Shown: positions 48,241 through 57,434 of the stretch, in pieces
Numbering within the stretch: the first letter of the stretch is position 1
Layout: every line of letters begins with the position of its first letter
Source of the DNA: a virus
Strand: one strand, 5' to 3'
Length of the DNA: 64,000 bases
IMG/VR virus record: IMGVR_UViG_3300021963_000027
Coordinates: 64,001-128,000 of that record
Translations under genes and position numbers: made by a program
Notes under the pieces: generated by a model
What the model was told of the DNA's origin: nothing
Seen by the model: the letters and a program-made list of their open reading frames with translations, nothing else
Database searches by the model: none

Positions 48241-49167
48241 ATGGAACTGAATTACATCAAAAATATTGACGCAATGACTGGATTGAAGGAATTGCCCGAC
48301 AAATCGATCCATTGTTGTCTCACATCACCTCCTTACTACAACCTTCGTCAATACACAGATGATGAAAATGAATTTGGATTGGCAGAGACACCTGAAGAAT
48401 TTGTCAATGGATTATGTGATTACTACGATGAAGTTTACCGTGTAATGCGAGATGATGGTGTGGTATTTGTGAACTTGGGAGACACATATCTTGGAAGTGG
48501 TAAAGGTGTTTGGAAAAACAAAGAAGAACCTCAAAAAGAGTCATTCAAATTTCGAGAAAAACCCAAAGAAAAATTGGGTGGTTGGAGAAAACCCAAACAA
48601 TTGGCACTAATTCCTTTCCGTTTTGCCATTGAGATGCAGAACAGAGGTTGGATTTTGAGAAATAATATCGTGTGGCATAAAGGAAATGCCCTTCCACAGA
48701 GCGTTACAGATCGTTTCGTCGTTGATTTTGAATCGGTGTTCATGTTTGTGAAAAGTAAATCGTATTATTTCAAACAACAAATTGAACCATTTGCCAATTC
48801 TTCCAATCCTGATGAAGTATATACAGGAGAGGCTACGAAGGATTATGAGTCTCAGAAGGCTCAGAACCCAAGTGATACGAAGAGAAGGATTCTGGACGCA
48901 ATGCGTAAGCGAGGAGGACGCTCCATGAGAGCAGTTTGGAAAATTAATACCAAACCCAACAAGTCCGTTCACACGGCTACATTTCCTGAAGAATTGGTGG
49001 AACGTATGTTGAAGAGTGGATGTCCTGAAAACGGTATCGTATTGGACTTCTTCATGGGTTCAGGAACAACAGGAGCAGTTGCCAAACAATTAGGTATGAA
49101 TTATATCGGCTTCGATTTGAATTCCGAATATTGTGAAGTAGCGAGAAAGAGAATTAATTCTTTTTAA
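48241..49167 (+). CDS. DNA N4-C/N6-A methyltransferase (beta class)
   Basis: TSPPYY, H.ATFPEEL, VLDFFMGSGTT. Confidence 0.93.
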   Translation: MELNYIKNIDAMTGLKELPDKSIHCCLTSPPYYNLRQYTDDENEFGLAETPEEFVNGLCDYYDEVYRVMRDDGVVFVNLGDTYLGSGKGVWKNKEEPQKESFKFREKPKEKLGGWRKPKQLALIPFRFAIEMQNRGWILRNNIVWHKGNALPQSVTDRFVVDFESVFMFVKSKSYYFKQQIEPFANSSNPDEVYTGEATKDYESQKAQNPSDTKRRILDAMRKRGGRSMRAVWKINTKPNKSVHTATFPEELVERMLKSGCPENGIVLDFFMGSGTTGAVAKQLGMNYIGFDLNSEYCEVARKRINSF

Positions 49168-49390
49168 TTTTCTTCTTACGTTTTCTATTTTTCAATTTAC
49201 CTCTTCTGGTGGTGACACCCATCCCATAAGGATTCCTTGCATCTCCTGGCGCAAACCAATCGGTATTTTCAATACCAGCATGTCCAGCAACATCCCCCCC
49301 ATATACATCACCAGCAGTCATATCTTCGTTCAACATTTGTTGATAAATGTTGGCGATTTCATTTTTATCGTTGACAAAGGGTTGGTTCAT
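49154..49390 (-). CDS. Small hypothetical late protein
   Basis: TAAATA 5 nt upstream; IANIYQQMLNE; DWFAPGDARNP; basic tail. Confidence 0.6.
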   Translation of the reverse strand: MNQPFVNDKNEIANIYQQMLNEDMTAGDVYGGDVAGHAGIENTDWFAPGDARNPYGMGVTTRRGKLKNRKRKKKIKKN

Positions 49391-49406
49391 GTTATTATTT
49401 AACTAA

Positions 49407-49763
49407 ATGATGCGAGTAGTGAATAAGTCAAAACATAAGCCAACTCCCGATGATTTTTATATTGGGCGTGGCTCTGTATTGGGCAACCCTTACCACTCTA
49501 AAGAATCCGATCATCCTCAAGCTCTCTATAAAGTGGAAACCACTGAAGAAGCTATTGAAGGGTATCAAGAATATTTTAGAAATAAATTTTCATCAACTGA
49601 TGAAGGATTTCGAAGACAGGTTCAAAATATTATTGAGAGAGAATTAAACGATAAGGATACGAATCTTGTTTGTTACTGCGCCCCTAATAAATGTCACGGT
49701 GACTTTATTAAAAAATTTGTCGAAGATGCAGCGAATCAAATCCGCTGGTCTTCTTTTATGTAA
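49407..49763 (+). CDS. DUF4326-family protein
   Basis: RVVN..FYIGRGSVLGNPY..LVCYCAPNKCHGD. Confidence 0.85.
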   Translation: MMRVVNKSKHKPTPDDFYIGRGSVLGNPYHSKESDHPQALYKVETTEEAIEGYQEYFRNKFSSTDEGFRRQVQNIIERELNDKDTNLVCYCAPNKCHGDFIKKFVEDAANQIRWSSFM

Positions 49764-49767
49764 AATT

Positions 49768-50166
49768 ATGAGTTACGAATTAATTAAAAAATATCAACAA
49801 CAATACGAAGAATTTGCCAAAATAAATGACTTCAATCTCGAAAATGTGACTCGCAGAGTTCCCTCCGAGAAGCACTTTTGGGTGTGCCGTCTCATTGATG
49901 CAAAGATCGATAAGGATAAACTTTACAAACTCAAAGCATCCACTAAGCACACTCTTCAAAAGAAGCTTATGGAAGAATCTCCTGTGGCACTCAATAAGCA
50001 ATATTTGGATGATCTGGATAAGACTCCATCATTGGAGGCAATCAATCAAAAAATTAAAGAGCAAGAGTATCTTATTGAATATCTGGAAAAATTGGTAAGT
50101 CAGATTACATTCATTGGTAACGACATTAAGAACATTTTGGAACTGCGGAAACTACAGGAATTATGA
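49768..50166 (+). CDS. uvsY: Recombination mediator UvsY-like
   Basis: Helical ~130 aa; EYLIEYLEKLVSQITFIGNDIKNILELRK; lies before uvsW. Confidence 0.7.
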   Translation: MSYELIKKYQQQYEEFAKINDFNLENVTRRVPSEKHFWVCRLIDAKIDKDKLYKLKASTKHTLQKKLMEESPVALNKQYLDDLDKTPSLEAINQKIKEQEYLIEYLEKLVSQITFIGNDIKNILELRKLQEL

Positions 50167-50369
50167 ATAAATACGAATTAAATCCAGAAGAATCTTTTTA
50201 CGAAAATATCATTCGCGTTTTTCATATGAAAATGGAACACCAAAAAATCAAATTCGATTATATTAATCCCAATATGATGGCAGAAATTCTTGAAAAATTG
50301 GAGAATTATGGTAGATTTGAGGCTGATGAAGAAATTTGGGAATGGATACAAGATATGTATGGAGCATGA
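50163..50369 (+). CDS. Hypothetical protein
   Basis: 68-aa ORF with ATGA overlaps on both sides. Confidence 0.55.
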   Translation: MNKYELNPEESFYENIIRVFHMKMEHQKIKFDYINPNMMAEILEKLENYGRFEADEEIWEWIQDMYGA

Positions 50370-51778
50370 TAACATTTGATTATAAACCAACTAAGCGACA
50401 GGCGCAATTGATTACGGATTCCGAAACACTCGGTATGATCCGTAATCATTTTTCTGTTAAGAATGACGGTGCTTCTTTCGCTAAGAAGAAAGGACATCGT
50501 TTTGTAAAAGACCGTAAGTATGCAATCACGCCCACTGGTTTGTTTGACTTCGGATTTTATGGGGAGATTCTAAAACATCTAAGAGATAACCAAATTACCG
50601 ATATCACATTCACTGATGAATTTCGTGATAGATTGAAATGTGGCATTGGGAAATTCGAGTTCAAAGATGAACTTAAATATGATGCTCGTTATTATCAAAA
50701 AGATTCTATCATAGCTGGACTAGAGAAAGGTTATGGTGTTTTTCTATTAGCAACAGGAGCAGGTAAATCTCTAGCTCAAGCATTACTGATAGAAAATTAT
50801 ATGGAAAACGTATCAAATGATACATTCAAATGTCTTATCGTAGTTCCAGGTCTTTCTCTTGTAAATCAGTTACAAAAAGATTTCGAGGACTACCAAGTCA
50901 CATTCTCATATTCAGGTTGGACTGGTGAAAGTCCTTTGCAAGATACTCAAGTTGTTATATGCAATACTCAGAATTTAGGTTCCAAATTTACTGATAATCC
51001 TTGGATACTTGATGTGAATTTATTGATAGTCGATGAGTGTCACGGTGTCAATAGTGATGCCAATTTGTCAAAAATTATTAATAAAATTAAAACACCAAAC
51101 AAGTTCGGTTTTACAGGGACATTATCTGATAAACCATTGAATCAATGGAAAACGCTTGGTGTCTTTGGACCAGTGATTTATGAGAAGAAATCCAAAGAAT
51201 TGAGAGATGAGAAATATCTATCAAATGTTAATATAAATGTTTTAAAATTGAAACATTCAAAAACATATAAATTAAATTATAAACAAGAATTAGAATACTT
51301 ATATAAAAATGAAAAACGGAATGATTTTATTTGTAAATTGGCTGGCAAACTTAATGGTAACGTTCTTATTATGGTTAATCACTTGGAACATGGCGATTCT
51401 TTACTATCTGTTTTGTCTAATAAATTGGATAGACATATATATTTTGTCAAAGGTGAAGTCGATGTTCAAGAAAGACAAAAAATAATTGACATGATGGAAA
51501 AGAATGATAATATCATTTGTATTGCGATGTCATCTATCTTTTCCACAGGTATCAACATTAAAAATCTTCCAAATATTATGTTTGTTGGATTGGGTAAGAG
51601 CTTTATTCGTGTTGTTCAGTCAATTGGTAGAGGACTTCGTTTGCATGAAAGTAAAGACAAATTGAGGATATTTGATGTTGTCGATGATACCAAATATTCA
51701 TCTTCCCATGCCGAATACAGACAAGAAATTTATGATAAAGAAGATATCCAATGGACGGAAAGAACAATTGAAATATGA
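50366..51778 (+). CDS. uvsW: UvsW DNA helicase
   Basis: LATGAGKS, VDECH, GFTGTL, FSTGINIKNL, QSIGRGLRLH. Confidence 0.95.
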   Translation: MITFDYKPTKRQAQLITDSETLGMIRNHFSVKNDGASFAKKKGHRFVKDRKYAITPTGLFDFGFYGEILKHLRDNQITDITFTDEFRDRLKCGIGKFEFKDELKYDARYYQKDSIIAGLEKGYGVFLLATGAGKSLAQALLIENYMENVSNDTFKCLIVVPGLSLVNQLQKDFEDYQVTFSYSGWTGESPLQDTQVVICNTQNLGSKFTDNPWILDVNLLIVDECHGVNSDANLSKIINKIKTPNKFGFTGTLSDKPLNQWKTLGVFGPVIYEKKSKELRDEKYLSNVNINVLKLKHSKTYKLNYKQELEYLYKNEKRNDFICKLAGKLNGNVLIMVNHLEHGDSLLSVLSNKLDRHIYFVKGEVDVQERQKIIDMMEKNDNIICIAMSSIFSTGINIKNLPNIMFVGLGKSFIRVVQSIGRGLRLHESKDKLRIFDVVDDTKYSSSHAEYRQEIYDKEDIQWTERTIEI

Positions 51779-52215
51779 GTAATAAAAATGAGTATTATGT
51801 AAACTCTAAAGAGTTTCGAGAACAATTAACATATTATTATGAGTCGGATAAGATGACTAATAATCTAGCATCTAACATTGTTAAAATAGCAGAGGGATTA
51901 TCATACAATCATCGATTTATTCGATATTCTCGAAGCTGGAAAGAAGAAATGGTGGGAGATGCGATTGTAAAAATGTATCATGCTTTGGAGAAAAAATTAT
52001 ATAATATTGAATCGGAATTCAACCCTTTCTCTTACTTTAATCGGATAGCATGGAACGCTTTTACGAACCGTATCAATAAGGAAAAAGGTCAACATGAAGG
52101 GTTGAACGAATATAAGGAGATGGTGTATATGGAAAACATGTCTGGTCCTGATGCAATGGGTCATGTGTATGTGAAACCAGTGATGGAGGGAGATGAATAC
52201 GATGATAATGATTAA
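51775..52215 (+). CDS. gp55: Late-transcription sigma factor
   Basis: YYVNSKEF, KIAEGLS..RF..Y..KEEMVGDAI, NPFSYF..IAWNAF..RI.KEK. Confidence 0.92.
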   Translation: MSNKNEYYVNSKEFREQLTYYYESDKMTNNLASNIVKIAEGLSYNHRFIRYSRSWKEEMVGDAIVKMYHALEKKLYNIESEFNPFSYFNRIAWNAFTNRINKEKGQHEGLNEYKEMVYMENMSGPDAMGHVYVKPVMEGDEYDDND

Positions 52216-53227
52216 GAAACCGAACGTAGCAATATTCTCTGACCTACACTTAGGTCTATATGGAAATTCGACAGAGTGGCACGAAATCGCTCTCAAGTGG
52301 GCAGATTGGATGGTTTCCGATTTGAAGAAAAAGAAAATCACAGACATTTTTTTCCTTGGTGACTTTTTCCATAACCGTTCAGAAATCTCTGTGCAGACAA
52401 TCCACGTTGCATCCGAATTGATTGCCAAATTCAAGAACTTTAATATGTTCATGGTGATTGGAAATCACGATGCTTTCTATAAAAATCGTAGTGATGTCCA
52501 TAGCTTGGGATTCCTCAAGGGTCATGACAATATCACTATTATTGATCAGAACTTGGAATTGGATGCGTTTGGTAAGAAGTTACTATTCGTCCCATGGAAT
52601 CACGAATTACCTGATGGTAAATTTGATCACATCTTTGGACACTTTGAAATCCAGACATTTCAGATGAACAATTACAAGGTCTGTGATCATGGATTCCAAG
52701 TTATGGATTTCCTCGCATCACGAACCACCAATGTTTGGTCTGGTCACTTCCATACTAAGAGTATCAAGAAATACAATGAAGGAACGATTCGATACATTGG
52801 TAATACTTTTCATCACGATTTCAACGATTGTGGAGATGACAAGGGTTATCACATTCTGAATCTGGAAGATGATTCCGTTGAATTTGTGAAGAATACGATG
52901 TCTCCTGAATTTATTAAAATTCCTCTGACTAAGATCAAGAATTATAAAGCAGAGGATATTGAAGGAAACATTATCAAGCTCATAGTTGACAAAGACATTG
53001 AAGATGATAAGGTGGAGAAGTTCAAAGTCTACCTGTCCAACTTCGCTCCTTTCCGTCTCACCACGGAATACAACGTGGCAACCAAGACAATCGGAGATGT
53101 TGAACAAGTCGATTCCATTGATATTGTTGGAATGTTTGATGAGTTCTACGAACAACTCAAGCTGGATGATGAGCAATTGGTAAGAGTGAAGAAAATAAAT
53201 GATGAGTTATACGAAAAGTGTAAATGA
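52208..53227 (+). CDS. gp47: Mre11/SbcD-like nuclease
   Basis: SDLHLG, GDFFH, GNHD, GHFE, SGHFH. Confidence 0.93.
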   Translation: MIKKPNVAIFSDLHLGLYGNSTEWHEIALKWADWMVSDLKKKKITDIFFLGDFFHNRSEISVQTIHVASELIAKFKNFNMFMVIGNHDAFYKNRSDVHSLGFLKGHDNITIIDQNLELDAFGKKLLFVPWNHELPDGKFDHIFGHFEIQTFQMNNYKVCDHGFQVMDFLASRTTNVWSGHFHTKSIKKYNEGTIRYIGNTFHHDFNDCGDDKGYHILNLEDDSVEFVKNTMSPEFIKIPLTKIKNYKAEDIEGNIIKLIVDKDIEDDKVEKFKVYLSNFAPFRLTTEYNVATKTIGDVEQVDSIDIVGMFDEFYEQLKLDDEQLVRVKKINDELYEKCK

Positions 53228-54141
53228 AAAAAATCTTATATAAAAATTTATCGGGTCAGAATTTCCTCAGTATTGGAAACGACCAGATTGTGATTGATTT
53301 CCAATCTGGTTTTAACCTGATTACTGGAAAGAATCTGGATAATCCAGATCGTGTAAACGGTATTGGGAAAAGCTGCATCGCAGAACTTTTCTACTATGCT
53401 CTGTTTGGTAAAACCATCCGTGATATCAAAAAAGAATTCATCATCAACAATATCACCAAAGGAAAGGGTGCTATTGAGCTTACGTTCGACGTAGAGACTG
53501 ACAATGACACTCAGACATATACAATCAAGCGACAACTCAAACCAAGCTCTGTGACGCTCCTGAGAGGCGAAGAAGACATTACCAAGGACTCCATTGCCAA
53601 CACTGATAAATTCATCTGTGATTTGATTGGTTCCAATCCTGTGATTTGCCGTAGCTGTGATATTTTGTCATTGTCTGATAATGTCCCATTCATGGCAAAG
53701 AAGCCTGAAGAGAAGCGCAAATTCATCAATGATATTTTCTCTCTGGAAGTCTTTGGTAAGATGAGCAACGAATTGAAGAATCTGATCCGCGAAAACAAAT
53801 CGGACATGAATATTTCTTCTGCTAAATTGGAGGAAATTGATAACACTCTGGAAACCCTGAACAGACAACAGGAGGATTACCAAAAGAAAGTCCAAGAGCG
53901 AGAAGAAATTCTTGAACAAAAACGCAAGGAGATCCAAGAGAAGATCGACGAAACAGTGGAAAAGATTGCTAAAATATCCATAACAGATGTCTCATCAATA
54001 CAATTGGAGCAAGAGAAGTATCATGAAGCTTGGAGAAAATTGGATGGAAAGATCGGTCATGTGAACGATGCGATTTCATCCAAGGAGACTTTGAGAAAAT
54101 TGAAGGTGAAAGAAATTGAACAAATTGAGAAAGTTATATGA
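53224..54141 (+). CDS. gp46: Rad50/SbcC-like ATPase, N-terminal half
   Basis: NFLSIGN, TGKNLD..NGIGKS, YALFGKT, rising coiled coil; ends at TGA before the hook. Confidence 0.9.
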   Translation: MKKILYKNLSGQNFLSIGNDQIVIDFQSGFNLITGKNLDNPDRVNGIGKSCIAELFYYALFGKTIRDIKKEFIINNITKGKGAIELTFDVETDNDTQTYTIKRQLKPSSVTLLRGEEDITKDSIANTDKFICDLIGSNPVICRSCDILSLSDNVPFMAKKPEEKRKFINDIFSLEVFGKMSNELKNLIRENKSDMNISSAKLEEIDNTLETLNRQQEDYQKKVQEREEILEQKRKEIQEKIDETVEKIAKISITDVSSIQLEQEKYHEAWRKLDGKIGHVNDAISSKETLRKLKVKEIEQIEKVI

Positions 54142-55214
54142 TAAGATTTGTTAAAAGAGATATAGGGAAATGGAGAAATCACGAAGGAAAAATACCTGAT
54201 AAAATTATGGAATTTGATAATGAAGATTCATTGTTAAAATACATAAAAACACTTTTCCCGAAAATGGAAAACGATGAAAAATTCCCACTTCATATCAAAG
54301 ACAATATGGTAATTCAATGGACAGTTATAGGATATATAAAAAAAATTATGATTAAATGTGATAAGTGCCTCCAAGATGTTCCCCATACTCATGTGGAACA
54401 TCTGGAGAAGATGAAAGAACAATATCAATCGGAATTGGATGATATTGTCAAGGAAATTGATGAATTGAAAGAACAAAAATCTCAATTCCATTCGAAAAAA
54501 GAAAAGGTTCAAGCTAAGGTAGCTGAGTTTCAGGATCAAATCAATGAATCGAAAGTCACCAAACAAAAATTGGAAGGTTTGGAAAATAGTCTCAAGCAAT
54601 ACAAAGATTCTTTGAACAACTTGAAGCTGGAAGAATTACCTAAACCAAATTTTGAGGAAAGTATTCAAAATACTTGGGTGAGACAAAATACTGAGAATGA
54701 TAATTTCCGAATGCTTAAACAGAAATCAGATGATTATGAAATCTGTAAATTTGTTCTTGGTGAAGAAGGTGTTCGTAGCTTTGTGGTGAAGAGACTTCTT
54801 TCCATGATGAACGCAAGCATTCAGCAATACATCAACGATCTTGGTATGTCCATCCGTTGCAAATTTGACGAATACTTTGATGAGCAGCTTTCCAATGACA
54901 AAGGTAAGGAGATTTCCTACTGGAACTTGAGCGGTGGTGAACGTAGAACAGTTGACCTCGCGTGTGCGTGGGCGTTCAAGGACTTGAAGAGAAAGATTTC
55001 TGGAGTGTCGTCTAATGTGGAATTTTTCGATGAATACCTTGATTCCACTTTAGATTCCATGGGAATTGATAAGTTAATCGAACAAATCAAACAACGAATT
55101 GATAGATTTGATCTTTCTGTTTATGTGATTTCTCATAGAACAGAAACCGCCAAACATGTTACTGGTGAAATTGTTGAACTTTCGAAAGAAAATGGTATAA
55201 CATCGAGAAAATAA
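54138..55214 (+). CDS. gp46: Rad50/SbcC-like ATPase, C-terminal half with ~70-aa foreign leader
   Basis: CDKC zinc hook after MIK (ATG 54348), LSGGE, FFDE, ISH. Confidence 0.9.
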   Translation: MIRFVKRDIGKWRNHEGKIPDKIMEFDNEDSLLKYIKTLFPKMENDEKFPLHIKDNMVIQWTVIGYIKKIMIKCDKCLQDVPHTHVEHLEKMKEQYQSELDDIVKEIDELKEQKSQFHSKKEKVQAKVAEFQDQINESKVTKQKLEGLENSLKQYKDSLNNLKLEELPKPNFEESIQNTWVRQNTENDNFRMLKQKSDDYEICKFVLGEEGVRSFVVKRLLSMMNASIQQYINDLGMSIRCKFDEYFDEQLSNDKGKEISYWNLSGGERRTVDLACAWAFKDLKRKISGVSSNVEFFDEYLDSTLDSMGIDKLIEQIKQRIDRFDLSVYVISHRTETAKHVTGEIVELSKENGITSRK

Positions 55215-55239
55215 CCAGCATTTGATTAAGTAGGATTAT

Positions 55240-56253
55240 ATGGAATATGTAATTACTAAAAAAATCAACGGTGGTAGGTTGGTCGGGGAAGAACAAAATA
55301 TTTTGAAAATGTATTATGATGATGGTCTATCTTTTCCTAAAATATCCGAAATTTATAATTATAAAGATTCCAAATTTATAAGAAAATTTTTTAAAGATAA
55401 TGGGTATAAATCAAGATCATCGGGAGAATATCATATACACGATATATGTATTAATCACAAAGATGATATTATAGAAATGTATTTGAATAACGAATCAAGT
55501 GTTGATATCGCTAATAAATATGATATTGATGTCGGAACGGTTTTAAATTGTTTACGAAGAAATAATATTAAAATAAGAAATTTTATCGAAGCTAGAAACA
55601 CTGAAAAGGTTAGGGGGTTGTGTAATAAGTTTAAAATTTCAGATGACGAAAGTATAAATTATATTGTAGAATCTTATAAAAGTGGTAAGACTGTTGATGA
55701 TTTGGCTAAAGAATTTTCTTGTGATAATATAACACTTAAAAAAATATTATTGAGAAATAACGCGACAATCAGAGGACTTGATAAATGTCAAACCGATGAA
55801 TCTAATAATAAAAGACAAAAAACTCTACAATGTAGATACGGTGTAAACGGTGTAATGCAAAATGAAGATTTTTTTGTAAAACAGCAAAAATCAGCCAAAA
55901 AATATAAAAAAGCTATAATCGATGGGGTTGAAATTGTTTATCAGGGATATGAATTAAAGGCTATTTACAGGCTGATCGATGAAGGTTATAACATAAGGGA
56001 AATTGAAAACGGGAAATATAAAGTTCCGAAATTTGAATATTCGTGGAATGGTAAAAAAAGAGTGTATTACCCAGATATATACATACCTAAAGATAATAGA
56101 ATTGTGGAGGTAAAGTCTTCTTATTTTTACGAAAAAGAGATGGAGAGGAATCTTGCAAAACGAGATTCAGTGTTAAAAGCTGGTTACAAATTCGATTTTT
56201 ATATTATGGATACATATGAGAAAGAAAATGGGATAACTAGAAGAGTGAATTAA
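55240..56253 (+). mobile_element. Free-standing homing endonuclease (HTH repeats plus PD-(D/E)xK domain)
   Basis: Three HTH-like repeats; YYPDIYIP..NRIVEVKS. Confidence 0.8.
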
Positions 56254-56261
56254 ATATTATA

Positions 56262-56636
56262 ATGAATGATATTATGAATATAGGTTTGATTTATGAGTCG
56301 ATAAATCAAAATTTTTTATACCACGCTACCTACAAACCATTAATTAAAAATATTAAAAAATTTGGATTGGGTGGTAATCCGAAAAAAAGAAAAAATTGGG
56401 AGGATTCCAAAGATGTTGTGTATTTGGCGAATGATCCTGATGTTGCGGAATCATATGCAGAAGAATCAGAATTGGTTAATGAAGATTGGTTGGATGAAAT
56501 TGTTATTTTCAAAATTGATACCAATAATTTAGATATTAATTTGTTAAAAAATGATGAAAACGTTAGAAATGATGATCAAGATACGTTCGAGTATTATGGA
56601 ATAATACCGTATGATTTTTTATTGAGGATTAAATAA
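56262..56636 (+). CDS. ART/Tpt1-fold (ADP-ribosyltransferase-like) protein
   Basis: FLYHAT..IKKFGL..VVYLANDPDVAESYAE..IVIFKID. Confidence 0.65.
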   Translation: MNDIMNIGLIYESINQNFLYHATYKPLIKNIKKFGLGGNPKKRKNWEDSKDVVYLANDPDVAESYAEESELVNEDWLDEIVIFKIDTNNLDINLLKNDENVRNDDQDTFEYYGIIPYDFLLRIK

Positions 56637-56758
56637 TTGATAAAAATTCGTTATCCGTCTATGCCATCTCTCATAGAAAGGAAATGGAGAAGCATGTTAC
56701 TGGTGAAATTGTCTTCCTTGAAAAAGAAATGGGAGTTACTAGAAGACTAAATATATAA
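56636..56758 (+). pseudogene. Orphan duplicate of the gp46 3' end
   Basis: Reads IDKNSLSVYAISHRKEMEKHVTGEIVFLEKEMGVTRRLNI*; shares 20 identical bp (CATGTTACTGGTGAAATTGT) with 55155-55174. Confidence 0.85.
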
Positions 56759-57406
56759 GTGAAAAGTAAAAATTATTTCTCAGATATTGCAAACATTTAT
56801 TCGAGGATTATAAACGAATCTCCCGATAATATTACAATTATCGATGATAATGGTCATCGTAAATATCTTTCGTATGATAGCACTCCAAATGCTTATACAG
56901 GTCTTATCGGTAGAGATGGTGAATATGTCTTGTCTAAAGACATTGTGGGGCATAGTAATTTGATTGCTGCTATTAATAGTAGTGATGACGATATTATTCA
57001 AAAATTAATAACTAATGCTGATGATGTCGAAGATTTGAAAAGATTGGCAAGAGAAAGAATAAAAATAAGAATCTGGAAAAATCAAAAAGTTTATAGCATG
57101 TGGGATAAATATGATCCTTCATATGAAGATGCTATTAAAGATTCTCTGAAAGCAATAGGCGAAAATTATCAAGATTATAAATATGATAATGAATATGAAG
57201 AGTATGCAAATTTTCGTGACGCTGATACTTTTTTTGTAAACACTTTAACAGATGAACAAAAAGAAGAGAAAATGAAAGCTGAAATGGAAAAACGTGCAGC
57301 CGATAGAGCTTTAGCAGATAGAATAGCTGGTGTCAGACGAAAAGCTTCGAGTGATTATGACGCTCCTTATAAAAAACCTTCTTGGATGAATAGAGAAGGG
57401 GATTGA
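56759..57406 (+). CDS. Hypothetical late protein
   Basis: GTG start 5 nt after TAAATA; IYSRIINESPD. Confidence 0.6.
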   Translation: MKSKNYFSDIANIYSRIINESPDNITIIDDNGHRKYLSYDSTPNAYTGLIGRDGEYVLSKDIVGHSNLIAAINSSDDDIIQKLITNADDVEDLKRLARERIKIRIWKNQKVYSMWDKYDPSYEDAIKDSLKAIGENYQDYKYDNEYEEYANFRDADTFFVNTLTDEQKEEKMKAEMEKRAADRALADRIAGVRRKASSDYDAPYKKPSWMNREGD

Positions 57407-57434
57407 CATTTCAGATTAATACATAATTAATATT

